This document shows, one piece after another, positions 25,364 to 39,800 of a DNA stretch of 64,000 bases (the first letter of the stretch is position 1; each line of letters begins with the position of its first letter). The stretch is from Oopsacas minuta (Eukaryota; Animalia; Porifera): assembly GCA_024704765.1 (NCBI GenBank), contig JAKMXF010000298.1:248001-312000 (forward strand), in the 5' to 3' direction. The notes under the pieces were generated by a model, which was given only the letters and a program-made list of their open reading frames with translations, did not search any database and had not been told where the DNA came from. The translations under genes and the position numbers were made by a program.

Positions 25364-26274
25364 TTGTGTTGTTCATAAATTGCTAAATCTAACGAAAATA
25401 TAAACACATCAAAACTAATATGTGTTGTTCGCCTACGAATTACCCTTGCGAATACGCAAACTTGCTATTAGAGGAAAGTCCCTAAAAAACTTGCTAATGG
25501 GAGAACACCACTGTAATAGCCATATTTCTATATTTCCAACTAAAAAAATAAATGTTTCCTTTATCAAAGGCGCAGGAGCATTCCACATTATAAATCATTA
25601 TATAGCTGAATTGTTTTACAAATAAATAGATAAACTGAATGTATACATAGTTACACTGGTATCTTACAGCTAATTATTGTAGTAAGATAGTTAGAATTAT
25701 TCTAGCTTTAGTATGAGAAGAATCCTTCTCAATTTCTGACCTTTGCTCTACTGAATTATAAGGATTTATGTAAATCTTAGATGGCAAGATCACTTGTGCA
25801 TTTTATTGGATTACATTTTGTCAATATGAAGTCCTTCTGGATTCTAGAAAATAATCGAGTCAGTTTCAAATTATACATTATGAAAACAGTAAGTATTATG
25901 CCATACTCCTAGCATGTTTACATTTACGACTCGTTTCACGCTCATCGGTTAGATTATAGACGAGCGAAATTTCGTCATCTTTCTTACACAACCATTCTAT
26001 GCATGATTTATAGAACTCAATTGGAGACAATACAAATTAGTACAATGGATTTTGCCAATTAGCTTTTTTGGACGATTTCCTTTTCTATTCCTTGAACTTG
26101 CTATTAGAGGAATTATTTCCAATACAAAATGGGCTCGAAGTCTCTGAAAAAACCTGCTATTAGGCGAACATCGCTGTATATTCACACCCTGATTAATGAT
26201 TTCTAGTAGATACATATTAGAATATCTTAGAGAGGGCAGAGAACTGTACTGTGACGTACAACTAACTACAACCT

Positions 26275-27625
26275 ATGGGATATCTCTACACAATCCTAAA
26301 ATATGTATTCTACCTATGTAACCTGGTCATCTTACTATCTGGAGCATTTCTCATTCTAATCGGAGTATATGCTAGAATAAATACTTCTTATATATCAGGA
26401 GATCTTGCTACAGAGTTTCTAAACCCGGGGAATTATGTAATTGCATTTGGTGCGCTATTACTCGTGTTTGGCCTGTTAGGAGCAATAGGTAAGTAAGATG
26501 TATATAAACAATTTCTAAACGTATATTAATACAGTGGAAACTCTACAAACGGGGCCTGTAAAATCGGGGAACTTCAAGGAAACGGAGTGAAAAATTAGAG
26601 AGAATTTATAGTTCCATACAAATAAACCTCCACAAACGGAGGTAGCATTTTCGGCGTCCCTAACACCCCGTTTCTGGAGGTTATACCGAAATTAGATACT
26701 ACATTTATTCATAGGGTCAGTTAGAGAGATATCAATACTACTCGGAGTATACACTGGATCTATTGTTTTACTAATTATCCTAGAGTTAGCGCTTGTTCTA
26801 TTCATATTTCTGGGTAAAGAAAAAGTGAAAGAATTAGCGAATGACGCAATCCTGAATTTGATTGAGAATTATCGTACTTACTCAGATCTGACGGTTGTAG
26901 TGGATTTGATACAAACCTCACTTGTTTGTTGTGGAGGTTATTTTGGTACTGATGATTGGGAGAATAATGTTTATTTTAATTGTTCATCAGCTGGTAAGTT
27001 TGTTATTATTGGATCTCATCTAAATTAGCGAGAATCAGTTGTTTTCTAAATGTATGGAGAGAGTGCGATTTTTGAGGGGGCTTCCCTCACCACTTTTAGA
27101 CTCCATTTATTGTGATAGGGCATTCTCAAAAAAGGATTCATACTCAGTTCACATATAGTTAAACTGCAAACATATTTCTGTTAAATCAGGAACTTTGCTT
27201 ACAATATATTGGTAAACTATCTTAATTATACGAGTTCCAATAAGTGGAGTTTACTGTACTTAATTAATTGAGGGAATATTTTAGCAATCTCACGATGTGG
27301 AGTTCCAACATCCTGTTGTAGAGAAGATATACGTATAAACTCACAATGTGGTTACAATGTGCGTAACATTATGGATACATCTAGACGAGCAAACGTGAAT
27401 AATATCGGTTGTATTCAAGCTATTGAGGATCTTTTCAACAAAGAATTGAATATTTTCATAGCATGTCTTTCGGCTCTTTTCATATTGGAAATTGTCGTGA
27501 TTTTAATCAGTTTATTCCTCATTTTTGATCGTAATAAGAAGAAGAATCTTAGAGTGATTGCTCATACCAATCTTGAGAATAGTAGAAATAGTAGAGTAAA
27601 GGAATCTGATTGGGGAATCCAATGA
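26275..27625 (+). CDS. Tetraspanin, TspanC8 subfamily (TSPAN5/14/17/33-like), paralog 1. Exons 26275-26488, 26715-26993, 27285-27625
   Basis: Four TM segments; large loop CCG..DW..N.YFNC..CGVP.SCC..NSQCGY..GC with 8 Cys. Confidence 0.9.
26532..26688. mobile_element. MITE family B (TIR CAGTG(G/A)AACCTC(C/T)ACAAACGG). Other copies ~2212, ~14870-14893, 17697-17760, 48687-48837, 50093-50135
   Basis: Inverted ends ..cccgtttgtggaggt(t/c)(a/t)cactg; the 48687-48837 copy is TA-flanked on both sides. Confidence 0.78.
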
Positions 27626-27986
27626 AAATAGATTATACCAGCAGTCTGACTATTACAACCTCCTTAATTGTATTTATATATTACTTTTGTGAATCCATTT
27701 GTATTTTCAATTATCTGTTTACTTCATATCCATAGAGATAACAAATAAATTTACATATGATTTATTCAAAAGTTTAAAATTCTTGGATTCAGTATATTCA
27801 ACATGTTTTGTCAAGTTTTACTGAATTTATTTACTACACAGGATAAATACATAGTTATATAATTCTGATTTAATACGAATTTTGAGATCCCAGATCCTAT
27901 GGACCCAAGGTTGAGAACTGCTGTCTACTGTATGTATTTTTGCTTTTGGATTCCAAAACTAGCTTTCTTATATTGTGTCTCAGTAA

Positions 27987-29620
27987 ATGGCTATTCTCTT
28001 CTACATATTCAAGTTCTTTGGGTGGTTAATCAACTTGCTGGTTGTAATTTTGGGAGGCATTATATTAAGTGCTGGCATATATGCTACCATCGAGACAAGT
28101 AAGTTTATATTTATTCAACTCCTGTTGTATCGTTTCGAAATACCCGCTTGTATCAAAGTCTGAAATTGTACAAATATGATCCCAAACCGTCAAAGTAAAA
28201 TATATTTCATCTTTGGTTATTTGTAATTCCGCATTTATCAAAGTAATTATCGCTGTCCCTTGAGCTTCGATATAACTGGAGTTAATTGTAATTTATAATA
28301 ATTAAGCTTGTAAAAATATGTATTATATATTTATACAGGTGCATTCAGCAGCCAGATATCTCTCTCTAGCATTATTACACAGCCTGCAATAATGTTCATA
28401 GTACTAGGCTCCTTACTAGTGATTATTGGTATTATGGGAGTAGTAGGTACGCTAAGAGAAGTCAGATTTATACTATGGATATATGCAGCTATCGTTGGTA
28501 TTATCCTAACATTAGAGATTGCATTGGTTGCATATTTAGTGTATAGTTTTACTCAGAACAAAGAACAGTTACAGGCTCAAGCGGAAACTGCATTTACTCC
28601 TCTTATAGAGAATTATAGAGATGATAATGATCTGAGAGCTCTTATTGATTTGTTACAGAATGGATTATCTTGCTGTGGAATTAATTCGTTTCATGATTGG
28701 GAAAATAATAGGTTCTTTTTCTATTTATTTAGAAATATTGATGGAATTAGTAAATCGCTGATTTCTCCGCGTTAGTATGGACAATAGAAATTATTATCCG
28801 TTTGAATAACGAATTGAAATAACCAAATGGATTATTTCAATAAATTTCCAAAAAAATTTTTCAGCAGGAATATTCAGAATTTGGAATTCTGTATTAATTA
28901 TTAGTCTGCTAAATATACAGCGGATGCCAATTATAAGAACACCCTTGGGAGTAGCAATACATGTTCTTATGTTCTTCTGACGTTTCTGACAAATATGCAT
29001 TCACTATCTCATCATATAGGTACTTCAACTGCAGTGCTCCAGGCGTAGAGAAATGTGGAGTACCTAATTCTTGTTGTAAGGATGAATTACAACTGAATAG
29101 TCAATGTGGTTACGATGTCAGGAGTCTTTCTAGCAATAGATTAGATAATATTAAGCTCATTAGTTGTTTGCAAGCTTTTGATTTATTTCTCACTTCAAAT
29201 CAGATAACATTAGGAGTGATTGGAGCTGTGTTACTATTGATACAAGTATCTGCCATTGTATTATCTCTAATGTTGAGTTTTGAGATCCCAAACAAACGAG
29301 AGGTAATATAGATATTTATGTGTACAGTCAATTCCTCTTATATCGAACACGGACTTATTGAAATACCCGCTTATATCAAAGCCTGAAAATTGTACAAATA
29401 TGGTCCCAAACCGTCAAAGTAACTTCAATTGGTTATATCATACTTCGTTTATATCAAATTTATTTTTGCAGTCCCTTGAGCTTCGATGGGTAAAGGTAGT
29501 ACTCTATTTTTTGTTCTTTTAATATCTTATAATTTATTATATTTTTAGGATGATGTAATCAAGAAATTGCGAGCCAATCGACCTAAACATCGCAAATCTC
29601 ATCCTCACGTCAGACGTTGA
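27987..29620 (+). CDS. Tetraspanin, TspanC8 subfamily, paralog 2. Exons 27987-28098, 28339-28711, 29000-29302, 29549-29620
   Basis: Exon 1 reads MAILFYIFKFFGWLINLLVVILGGIILSAGIYA (a different frame from the ORF track); large loop CCGINSFHDWENNRYFNC..CGVPNSCC..NSQCGY..SC with 8 Cys. Confidence 0.88.
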
Positions 29621-29800
29621 TTACACGAATGTCAACTAATTATAAGCTTTTCTCACTTATTTAGCAAATTTCCTTTTATACACTTTATTTCTATTTATTT
29701 TACCATTTTACTTTCACTTGTATTTTCCAAATATTTTTGATTTTGATCGATTCTGCAGTTCTAACAAATTATAATTGAATCGTTTTATGTGAATTAAGTA

Positions 29801-30648
29801 ATGTTTAGATTAACTGTGAGAACAATTTATGATCGTTTTTGTGTTCGAAAGTTTGCAACTTATAAACAAGGACACTCTCCATTTCCAGATACACGAGAAT
29901 ATTTTTATTTTGTGAATCATCAAGGTCAGGTTCGTAGTACTAATTTCTCTCATTATTTTGCATAAAATTCTCTTTTCTTTGCAATTCATATACACGCACC
30001 TGCAATTTTTATTTTTACGAATATATTGCACTGTGTGTAGCTGTTTCTAGATGATACACGAGTTAAAAATTTTATTACTTCCTTCAAAGGTAATTACGCG
30101 ATACAAAATACAATACTTGGAAATATTAAAAACTATTCTATTTAGATGAGAAATTCCTATCTCTCCTCTTCTCAAGAATGAAAATGAACAACACAGAACG
30201 TTGGAAACAAGATTTTCCATTCCTATATATTTGTGCTGGAGAAAATAATTATATTCGATGTGATGACCTACCAATTGTATTCACACAAATATACACGAAA
30301 ACTGGCAATGAACTGTCCCTCGTTGATTTACAATCTCTTGTCCAATTCGATAGTAATACAGACTATTTCCTGTCATATGGTAGTTATAAGGGTCGACTAA
30401 GAGTTAAATTTAATCCAAGTTCTCTCTGCATGCATCCTGATAATGGAAGACTTTATCATTCAGGTCCAGAGAGGGTAGGGGGAGTTGGATTAATCAAATC
30501 TGCGTTAGCTGATGAATTGAGTAGTTTCTTTGTGTATAAAGCTGATAATAAATCTCCCACACATTTCAAGAATAATTCTACAGGCGAATTAATTCCTCTC
30601 ACTAACGAAATTCTACCATTAATTTCTCAACTGAGTAATTGCGTTTGA
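29801..30648 (+). CDS. C8orf82: C8orf82/UPF0598 (DUF4505) homolog. Exons 29801-29929, 30041-30089, 30146-30648
   Basis: REYFYFVNHQGQLFLDDTRVKNFITSFKD, RCDDLPIVFT, GRLYHSGPERVGGVGLIKS.LA. Confidence 0.88.
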
Positions 30649-30846
30649 AATGTATTTTCCTAAATACTATTGCAATTTGCTAGCTCACTACTAAATTGTA
30701 TATTATTGGAATTGAAGTGAAGCCTTACTAGCGTATAGTCCTATCAAATATGAAGATAGATAATATATATATTTACGACTACTATTTCAAATTCTTATTT
30801 CGCAATTATTAGCTGGTACATTTATTTACATCATTTGCTTACTTCT

Positions 30847-33800
30847 ATGGCGCTACCACCAGATAGCGTTATAACCAATGGAGGGAATGATAAGGAGGAA
30901 TTCGCCGATGAAGATACTCCAATTGATCCTCTCGCGTGTCCAGCAAGAACAGGAATAGCTACTAATGTTCGTAAACACACGAAACGTGGAATGACTCAAA
31001 AGAAAAGAGTATCAAATGCTCAGGAATTGTTGAAGGAGAAATATGTAAGTTTCTTCAACTTTTCGCTTATATTTTGAACGAATTTTTCGCGTTTTGAAGT
31101 AGAAATTTCTGTGGATTCCACACGAGAATTTATGTTTGTATTTGTTTAGAAACGTGAACAAGAGCTCAAAGAAGAGAGTCTCAGTCAGTTGGACGACAGA
31201 CATAATTTTTTGTTAGAAAATGTGGCTACACGACTCGATCTACCCTTAGATGAAGTAGTTGAATCTGTATTGCAAGGAGATCAGGTATATACAATATATT
31301 TTCACGAATTTTCTGTGCTATTATGCGAACTGGCTATAAGAATTATTCCAAACAAAATACGGATAACATTATATGTTTATTGTGATCTTTTTATGAAAGA
31401 TTGCAACTATGAACAAGTTTTTCCAAGCTGGAGGTACTTCTAAGCTGATTTTCTTTTCTAATCCAGATGGTGGCGTTGAGAAGACTGAATATGTAGAAGG
31501 TAAGCAACTCAATATATGCTAAAATTTACCTCAACAAATTACATAGAGTCAACTCCCGTTATATCGTACAAGGATATACCGAAATACCCGTTTATATCGA
31601 GGTCTGACAATGTATACATATGGTCTCAAACTATCAAAGTAATATATATTCAATTTGTTTGATATAACGGGAGTTGACTGTACTGTGTATTGTATAGGTG
31701 CTTTCTGCCCAATAACCGCAGATGCTCGTAACCCTGTTGTAATCGGAAAGGTGGTCTCCAAGTCTAAGATAATCCTCTCAGATGGTACTGATTATCCTTA
31801 TACAGGAGCCTGTGTGTTCTTTCTACGTACAAACACAGCAAAAGCCATCAATAAGTCAAATGTAGCACAAGAAGTATTATTTGGTAGTTTTACATCTGGT
31901 AGAGATGAAATGCTAGGTGCTATTGAGAGTCTGTTAACTAACGCGTTTATACCAGCTATATCAAATCAGAGCTTTTCTATGGCAACTCCTAAGGTAACGT
32001 ATGATGAAAATGGTAATGGTAATGGAGAAGGAAGTGAAGATACTATAAAGCAAGAATTTTTAGGTTTGTTGTTTCAAGCTGTATAATTTTTTCCTTGGGA
32101 GTTTTCACTTTTAAATTTTCAAGAAATCGGTTAACATGTGTGAAAAATGAAATTTTGGAATCGAATATTTTCCCAAGCAAAATTTATGTATCCTCAATAC
32201 TAATTATTTTTCTGTTTGGATTTTCCTATTCATGACTACTTAATCTAGCCCGATTGAACAGCTTCACAGGAGCTCTGCTAAACGCTAAAGCTAGTCTACA
32301 TATGTCTGTCCGTCTTAAGTTAGATTCAAAAGGTACAGACCTAAGCAAACTGAGATCTCTAGAAGATTACTTACAAATAGCCTCCAGTAGCGAAGAGCTT
32401 GCTAAACTAGAAACAGCATTTTCTAACTGGCTATTATCCATCGAACAAATTTTGACAGAATCTCAACAAATGAGGAAGGAAGCTGATAGTATCGGTCCAA
32501 GGGCTGAGCTAGATCATTGGAAACAGAGACTAGCTATGTTTGATTCTCTAACTGATCAGATTCGTATGCCACAAAGTAAGGCACTAATTTCGGTTATGGT
32601 TGCAGCTAAATCTAAACAAATAAAGGTACGTACGGATATACTATTTAATCCTGCAATGATACGCTGTTTAGAAGTTTTGCATATACAGTGGAGTTCGCTT
32701 ATTAGCAAGTCGAGTTTGCGCGAATTTCCCTTGCTAATACACCAACGTGCTATTCGGAGAATATTGTCAATAGGCGAAAGCCACTGTACGCATCATGCCT
32801 TAATTTTTGATATATTTTTAGGCTTGGCAACGATTAGACAAGGATATAACAGATAGGACGAATGAAGCTAAAGATAGTGTTAGGTTTCTATACACTTTAG
32901 AGAAATTCTATGAACCTTTATACAAGAGCAATCCGGTAAATATTAACATAGAAAATATCTAGAAATTGTGTTTATATATTTTTTTGTAAATAGAGTATAA
33001 TGTTTGACTGTCTGCCTGGATTAATCAATGCTATTCGTATGATTAACTCTCATTCTCGTTGCTACAATACGCCTCGTCGTATTACATCATTATTTGTGAA
33101 GATAACAAATCAGATGGTAACTTCATGCAGGGAGTATATTACAGAGAATGGACATAAAAATGTATGTATTCAAAAGCGGTACATCTGGAAGATTCTACAT
33201 TATTCCTTGGATTCGTGTGATTCTTTAACTGAATTTGTCGACATTTTTTGCAGTATCTAGACAAAATGACAATTTCCTTTCATGTATATTCCTATACAGT
33301 TATTGGCATGAGTTTCCTTTTATTTTTAGCTTTGGGATTTGGACATTAAAGTAGCTGAGTCACGCATCTACGAGTGTATCAAACTAAATGGAGAATATCA
33401 GAAGGCTTTTCACCACACTAAAAGCAAACTAGAAGATCTTCCTAATGAGAAACAATTTGACTTCTCAGAAATGTATATTTTTGGGAAGTTTAATAATTTT
33501 TGCATAAGGTATGTTAATTGAAATTTTCGTGGTTTCTATTCGATATAATTCGGTATTCCTATTGTTAGAGTACAGCACATTTTGGATATTTACATCATTC
33601 TGAATACATACGATACTCTGTCTCTCTCTAATATCGAGGGATTAGAACAGATAAATTCTAGATTCCAAGTAGCAGCTACTAATCTTAAGAAGAAACCGTA
33701 TGATGTGTTGGAGTATAGGAGGAAAGAATTTGCGGAAGATTACGAGGAGTTCAAGAGACAGGTCGTAGATGTACAGGTAAAAATCTTTTGAAATTATTAT

Positions 33801-36800
33801 ATGATGGAATATTCTAGAATTTATCTTTGATTTATACAGGCTCAAATTCAACAACTCTTAAATAATTTTTGTTCAGAAGTACAATCTACAGATGGAATAC
33901 TCCAGATACTGGGAAGATTCTCTAGACTCAATCTACCGGAATTGAAGCTGAGGGAGAGATACGAACATGCACTTGTTCTCTATCAGAAAGATTTGGAGCG
34001 ATTACAGGAACAATACAATGCTGATAGGTAAGTGAATGCATTTTAAATATGTACATATCTAATTTTGAAGCTAAAATAAGCCGAAAATACATTTTTGAAC
34101 AACTGTAAAATCGCTCAATTTTATCTGTAGACACTCTCCACCATTGGCTAGAGACATGCCTCCAGTAGCAGGTAAGATTCACTGGTCTAGACAGCTATAC
34201 AGATGGATAACTAAACCTATTGAGTTGTTATACAAACTTGCTCCTGATGTTATGAAGTTACCAAATGGGAGGAAAGTTACTTCTCTCTATAACAAATTAG
34301 CTCAAGTACTAGTTGCATATGAATTAATGTACTATCAAGCTTGGCTGAAACAGGTATAGTAAATTGTTATATTTTTAGGAAATAGAAGGAAATTGGCTAT
34401 TTAAATCTCTTATTTTATAGATCACGGTTGCATTAGATGGTTTGAATGCATTTGTTCTTGTGAGACATCCTGGGACAGGAGAGATATTCGCAAACTTTGA
34501 CTTGAGTTTGCTTGAATTGATAAGAGAAACTCAGTGTATGAAACATCTAGACTTAGAAATCCCTGCTAATGTGCTTGTATTCACTTCTTCTGGATCAAAG
34601 TTCAAGAGAGATTTTAATTCTATTCAGGTAATGATTTAGAATTTTTATTGGTCTTCCCTAACAACACAGGAATGCATTCTGTATGTATTATTGTCATTTA
34701 GATGATACTCAAAGAATCTAAACGAATTAGCCACAAAGTATGTCCAATTTTCCTTCCATTGATTCAACCACACAAGAAACTCCTCGAGGAAACATTTGAG
34801 CCTGGTTTCATAAAGATTACATGGACATCACTCAACATACAACAATTCGTACATACCGTTAATCAATCTCTCAAAAAATATGAACATCTTGTAGATGAAA
34901 CAAATAGTATTTATCAAGATAGAATACTGGTAGCTTTCTCTGATATGGCTCAGATAGAATTCTGTGATTTGAATGTTGAAACTCATCTTACTATTCAACA
35001 ATTTGTCGCCATAACAAAGGTAAATATTTATCGATATCTATCTTAATTTGCATACTTGCGCTTGCCCCGAGACTTCATAAGAAATTTATGTGCCATTTTT
35101 TCCCAAATGATCGTCTCAAATTGCCATTTATTCGCGTAAAACTTTGATTTGCGATTATCGGGAAATCATTATAAGGGATTTGTAATTATAAAATAGCCAA
35201 CTTTAATAAAGTTATAAATCTTAGAAAATGTGCGATACAGCTAGCCTCAAGTTAGACAACTTGAGTAGGAAGGTAGAGCTAGCTTCACAGGATCTTATTG
35301 CAATTTTACTGAATATTGACGATAAGTTGACTGAAGAAGAAATACTAGCCTTTGAAGCACAACACATGAGGATGATAACCACAACTTCGGGAAGGTATGT
35401 ATATTTTATAGAAAATATTGAATTTGTTGAACTACAATTTTCCTTAGGAGGCAATCCACTTTGCCTGGTGGTGGTTTAACTAAGTCAATGAGCTCTCAGA
35501 GTGTGAATACTCCAGGATTACCTCCTACCACAGGCAAGAAGCAGGTATCTGCTCTACAACGTAAGGTGGATCAGAGAACAGAAATGCAGCAACTTGCATC
35601 TGAACTTACAGGTTGAGTAGAATTCGCTAAATAGAGCAATCGGTTAATCAGATATTTTGCCCAGAAACAGAGCCTTGTAAATATTGTTAAATAGCTCCGA
35701 TTATTCAGGCCAAGGAATATTGTAAACTACCGAATTTCCTCGAGACATGTATATATATATATTTATTTCGATATATCCTTGTTCAATATAATGAGAGTTG
35801 CCTTCATTTCAATTTGTTCCAATTAGGGATTCTAATACAAGAAAACTTGGATTCACTAGTCAGAGTTTTGAAGAATAACATAGACTGTTTCAAGAGACGT
35901 ATCTCCATACCGACACTACATTATGAGGATATAGTACAGAATAAACTTAGACAAGTACCGATATTCCGTGTTGATGTTAATCTAACTATTCCTACGATCA
36001 GTCTTAGTCCAACTCTTGATGAAGTTCAACAGACTGTTAACGGCTGTCTACAGCTATTCATACAGGTTTGTTTAGAGTTTTAATTACTAGCTAGATTGAT
36101 CAGAGAAAGTTTTCTCGAACAGAAATAATAATAATAAGAAGAAGAAGAAGAAGAAACTTGAATCTAGTCAAATTTACAATTATGTATTACGGCTTATGTC
36201 ATTACGCTCGCATCACAAATGCCGTAATCGGTTAATAACTGAAAAAAAGTTTTAGCTGAGATTAGCGAAATGTAATTTTTACGATTTCATAACTGTATAC
36301 AATCTGACACCCTGCTCTTACAGGTATACAAGGGTGTATCTCTATGGTCAGTGAGTAGATCAGATCCTATTGAATCTAAGCCCTCGATTACTCGTTCCTC
36401 TTCAAGTGTAGGAGGTAAGAAAGGAAGGAATTACTATCACTCTATGACAGATAATAAAGATATAACCAAGAGTTTATCTTATCTAAGCACTTCTATTAAC
36501 TCAATGAAAGAGATGGTTAACTTTGTTTTGACCCCATTTCATCGTTATGAAAAGGTTTGGAAAATGGATAGGAAAGCAGAGATGGATGAATTCTTAGAGA
36601 AGTCTCCCTGTGTGAATGAGTTTAGGCTAGAAATAAATTCATACAGGTATTTGGATTCACAAGTTACAGGTAAAACAAATGACATAATAATAGCTTGATT
36701 TGCTAGTCCTTTTCTTACTTAAATATTTTTAACAATACTATTACATGAATTTTCTATTTGAATTCAATCAACAATCGTTGTTCGATATCAAATTCAGCTC

Positions 36801-39800
36801 AGTGTTGCCGGATGATGTGTTCATCTCGTGCACTTGAAAGTTCATGGTTCATGCTAAAGCAAAAACCTATGAACTTTGTTAATGATCTGGCAACATTAAC
36901 TGATTCAAATTTCTCCAGGTTAATACGAAATATGTAAATATTCTTTTATACGTTATCTACATATTTGAATACTCATATATTTATTTGTTAGATGAGTCAG
37001 AGTTACTGAGCATCGGGCCTCTAGCTATCTACACAGAGAACTTAAAGACTGCCTTACAAGCCGAAGCTAAATCTTGGATATTATTATTTGCAAGACATAT
37101 GAATGATAAATATGAGAAGATGATGTCTAACTTGTTAAAATCGATGGAAGATTGGGCATCACAACTATCTAGACCTATCAAGGATCTAGATGATATACGA
37201 GCTACTATGTCATGTCTGAAGAATATTCGAGAGAATGAAATAAATGTTGATATGGAGATCAGTCCGATTGAGGTGTGTGATTAATCATATGATCAGTGAC
37301 GTCATGTGTATAAGGCAAATGTAGCTTGGACCCTTGTCTATATAATAAAAAAAATAATATTATTAATAATCCACAGGATCTCAAAATTAGTATTACAGTC
37401 TATGGAAGGGGTCAAGGGGTTCCACAGACTGTATGATAAATTCCATAATTCTATGTCATATAACGACACGAGAAAAAACTATTCTTATACTACTAATATT
37501 TAAGTATGCTCTCTATTGTATTCAGGAATGCTATGGAATGCTACAAGCCTACAATCTTCCTGTGGATAGAGAGGAAGTTGACAAGGTAGATATACTCAGA
37601 TATACATGGAATAAGCTACAAAATCAAGTAAAGGAGACTGTAACTAATCTCATCAAAATACAGCCAAAATACAAAGACTCACTTCAAGAAAATATATTCT
37701 CATTTTCAAGAGATACAGATAAATTTGTGGATAGGTACAAGCTAGAGGGACCAATGGCTGAGGGGGTTAGCCCAAGAGATGCATCTGCTAGACTTGTTGT
37801 ATTCCAGTCAGAATTTGATTCACTTTGGAGAAGGTAATTCAATTTCGAATATATAGATATCCAAAATGCAGTCAACTCCTGTTATATCGAAGCTCAAGGG
37901 ATCGCGATGATTACTTCGATATTACCAATGAAAGATATCTTACTTCGACGGTTAGGATCATACTTGAACATTTTCAGATTTCTATATAAACGGGTATTTC
38001 TATATATTCGTGTTCGATATAACAGGAGAGTTGACTGTACCTACATTCTATCAACCACGTAAATGCTAAGAATTCCTCTGCTAAATGTATTAACGATAGT
38101 CTACTTTATATTCTTATAGATATCAGACATACTCTGATGGTGAAGATCTATTCGGTCTAAACACTACACAATATCCTGGTATACAGCAGATACGCAAAGA
38201 ACTGAATCTGTTACAGAAACTGTACGGTCTGTACAATGCTGTTATGGATAGTATTGATGGTTTCTATGAGGTGCACTGGGGTGATGTGGATATTGAAAAG
38301 ATAAACAATGAGATAATGGATTTCCAAAATAGGTAATATTATTGATTAATTCCAGAAATGCGTTTTATGGTGATCGGATTGAGAAATTTCGCGGGATCTT
38401 TATTTTGTCATTCGTAATATGGAAGGAAATATGATAATTTATATTAATTTATTCGCAGATGTCGGAAACTTCCAAAGGATTTGAAAGATTGGCGCGCTTT
38501 TGGAGAACTTAAAAGAAAACTAGAAGAATTCCACGAAATTTGTCCATTACTTGAAATGATGTCAAATGATGCAATGAAAGACCGTCACTGGCAGAGACTT
38601 GAGGAGTTGACCTCACATAAATTCGATGTAGAGACTGAAGGTTTCCAGTTGAAGAACATTCTAGAAGCTCCACTTCTCCAACACAAGGAGGATATTGAGG
38701 TAAGAAGTTTCCAGGAATTGGTCAATTTGGCGTGAGAATTGTTCCAACTTATTTTCTATTATAGGATATTTGTATAAGTGCAGTGAAGGAGAAAGATATT
38801 GAAGCCAAACTGGGAGCTGTCATGGCTGAATGGAAAACACGTACGCTAAATTTCGGTAACTTTAAATCACGAGGAGAACTGCTTTTAAAAGGAGAAGATA
38901 CTTCTGAAATTATAACTTTCATGGAAGATTCACTAATGGTTCTGGGTTCTCTCATGAGTAACAGGTAACTATTTGCCGATTGTTTCGTTTTTGGGAGATG
39001 ACGAAATTTGCTTGCACTACAGTGGAACATTGTCCATACGAACACTGTTGATGCAAATTTCGGGAAGGCGAACTAATATTTACACAAAATAAGATCCCTA
39101 CATTGTTTTTCAATTGGCATTACTCCGGTTAATACGATCTCCAGATAAAGCGAACTAATTTTGACTGTCCATTTGGTGTTCGTGCGAGATTCCACTGTAA
39201 ATACTACATTCCTGTGTAGTCAAGGAGGGATTTTCTTGTTAGGGAGGGGCTTTCATTGTGTTGTCTTTGGACGAAATTCCTGGTGTCGATAATTGCATTG
39301 TCCATTATATTAAATTGGTAGATACTTTTCATTATACTTCTTAACTTCTCTAGGTACAACGCTCCTTTCAAGACTCAAATACAAGAATGGCTACATAAAC
39401 TGACGAATTCTACAGAAATAATAGAGAAATGGCTTGTAGTACAGAATCTATGGGTATATTTAGAAGCAGTATTTGTTGGTGGAGATATCGCTAAACAGTT
39501 GCCGAAAGAAGCGAAGCGGTTTCAGGGTATAGACAAGTCATGGGTGAAGATAATGACCAGAGCTCATGAGACAAACGTAGTAGTGCCCTGTTGTGTAGGG
39601 GATGAAACGATGGGACAACTGTTACCACACTTGTTGGAGCAATTGGAGACTTGTCAAAAGTCACTCACAGGGTTAGTAAGATACTGTATGTTGTTTATTT
39701 TTTTAATGTGAAAAATGGCAATATAGTCAACTCCCGTTATCAAACACGGATATATCAAAGTTTGTAACAAATTTGGTCCGAAACCGTCGAACATAAATTT

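Noticed and set aside
25780-25895. Possible exon (AG..open frame..GTAAGT) between OCRL and tetraspanin 1
   Set aside because: No homology in any frame; at most a 5'UTR exon, which the sequence alone cannot support
27899-28102. ORF MDPRLRTAVYC.. as tetraspanin exon 1
   Set aside because: Wrong frame; the TM1-encoding frame starts at ATG 27987 and splices in phase to the next exon
31546-31697. Idea that family-A MITEs are introners that create introns or supply branch points (TTGAC in the TIR)
   Set aside because: The elements sit inside introns with unrelated flanks on both sides and splice sites lie outside them; closeness to acceptors is expected in short introns
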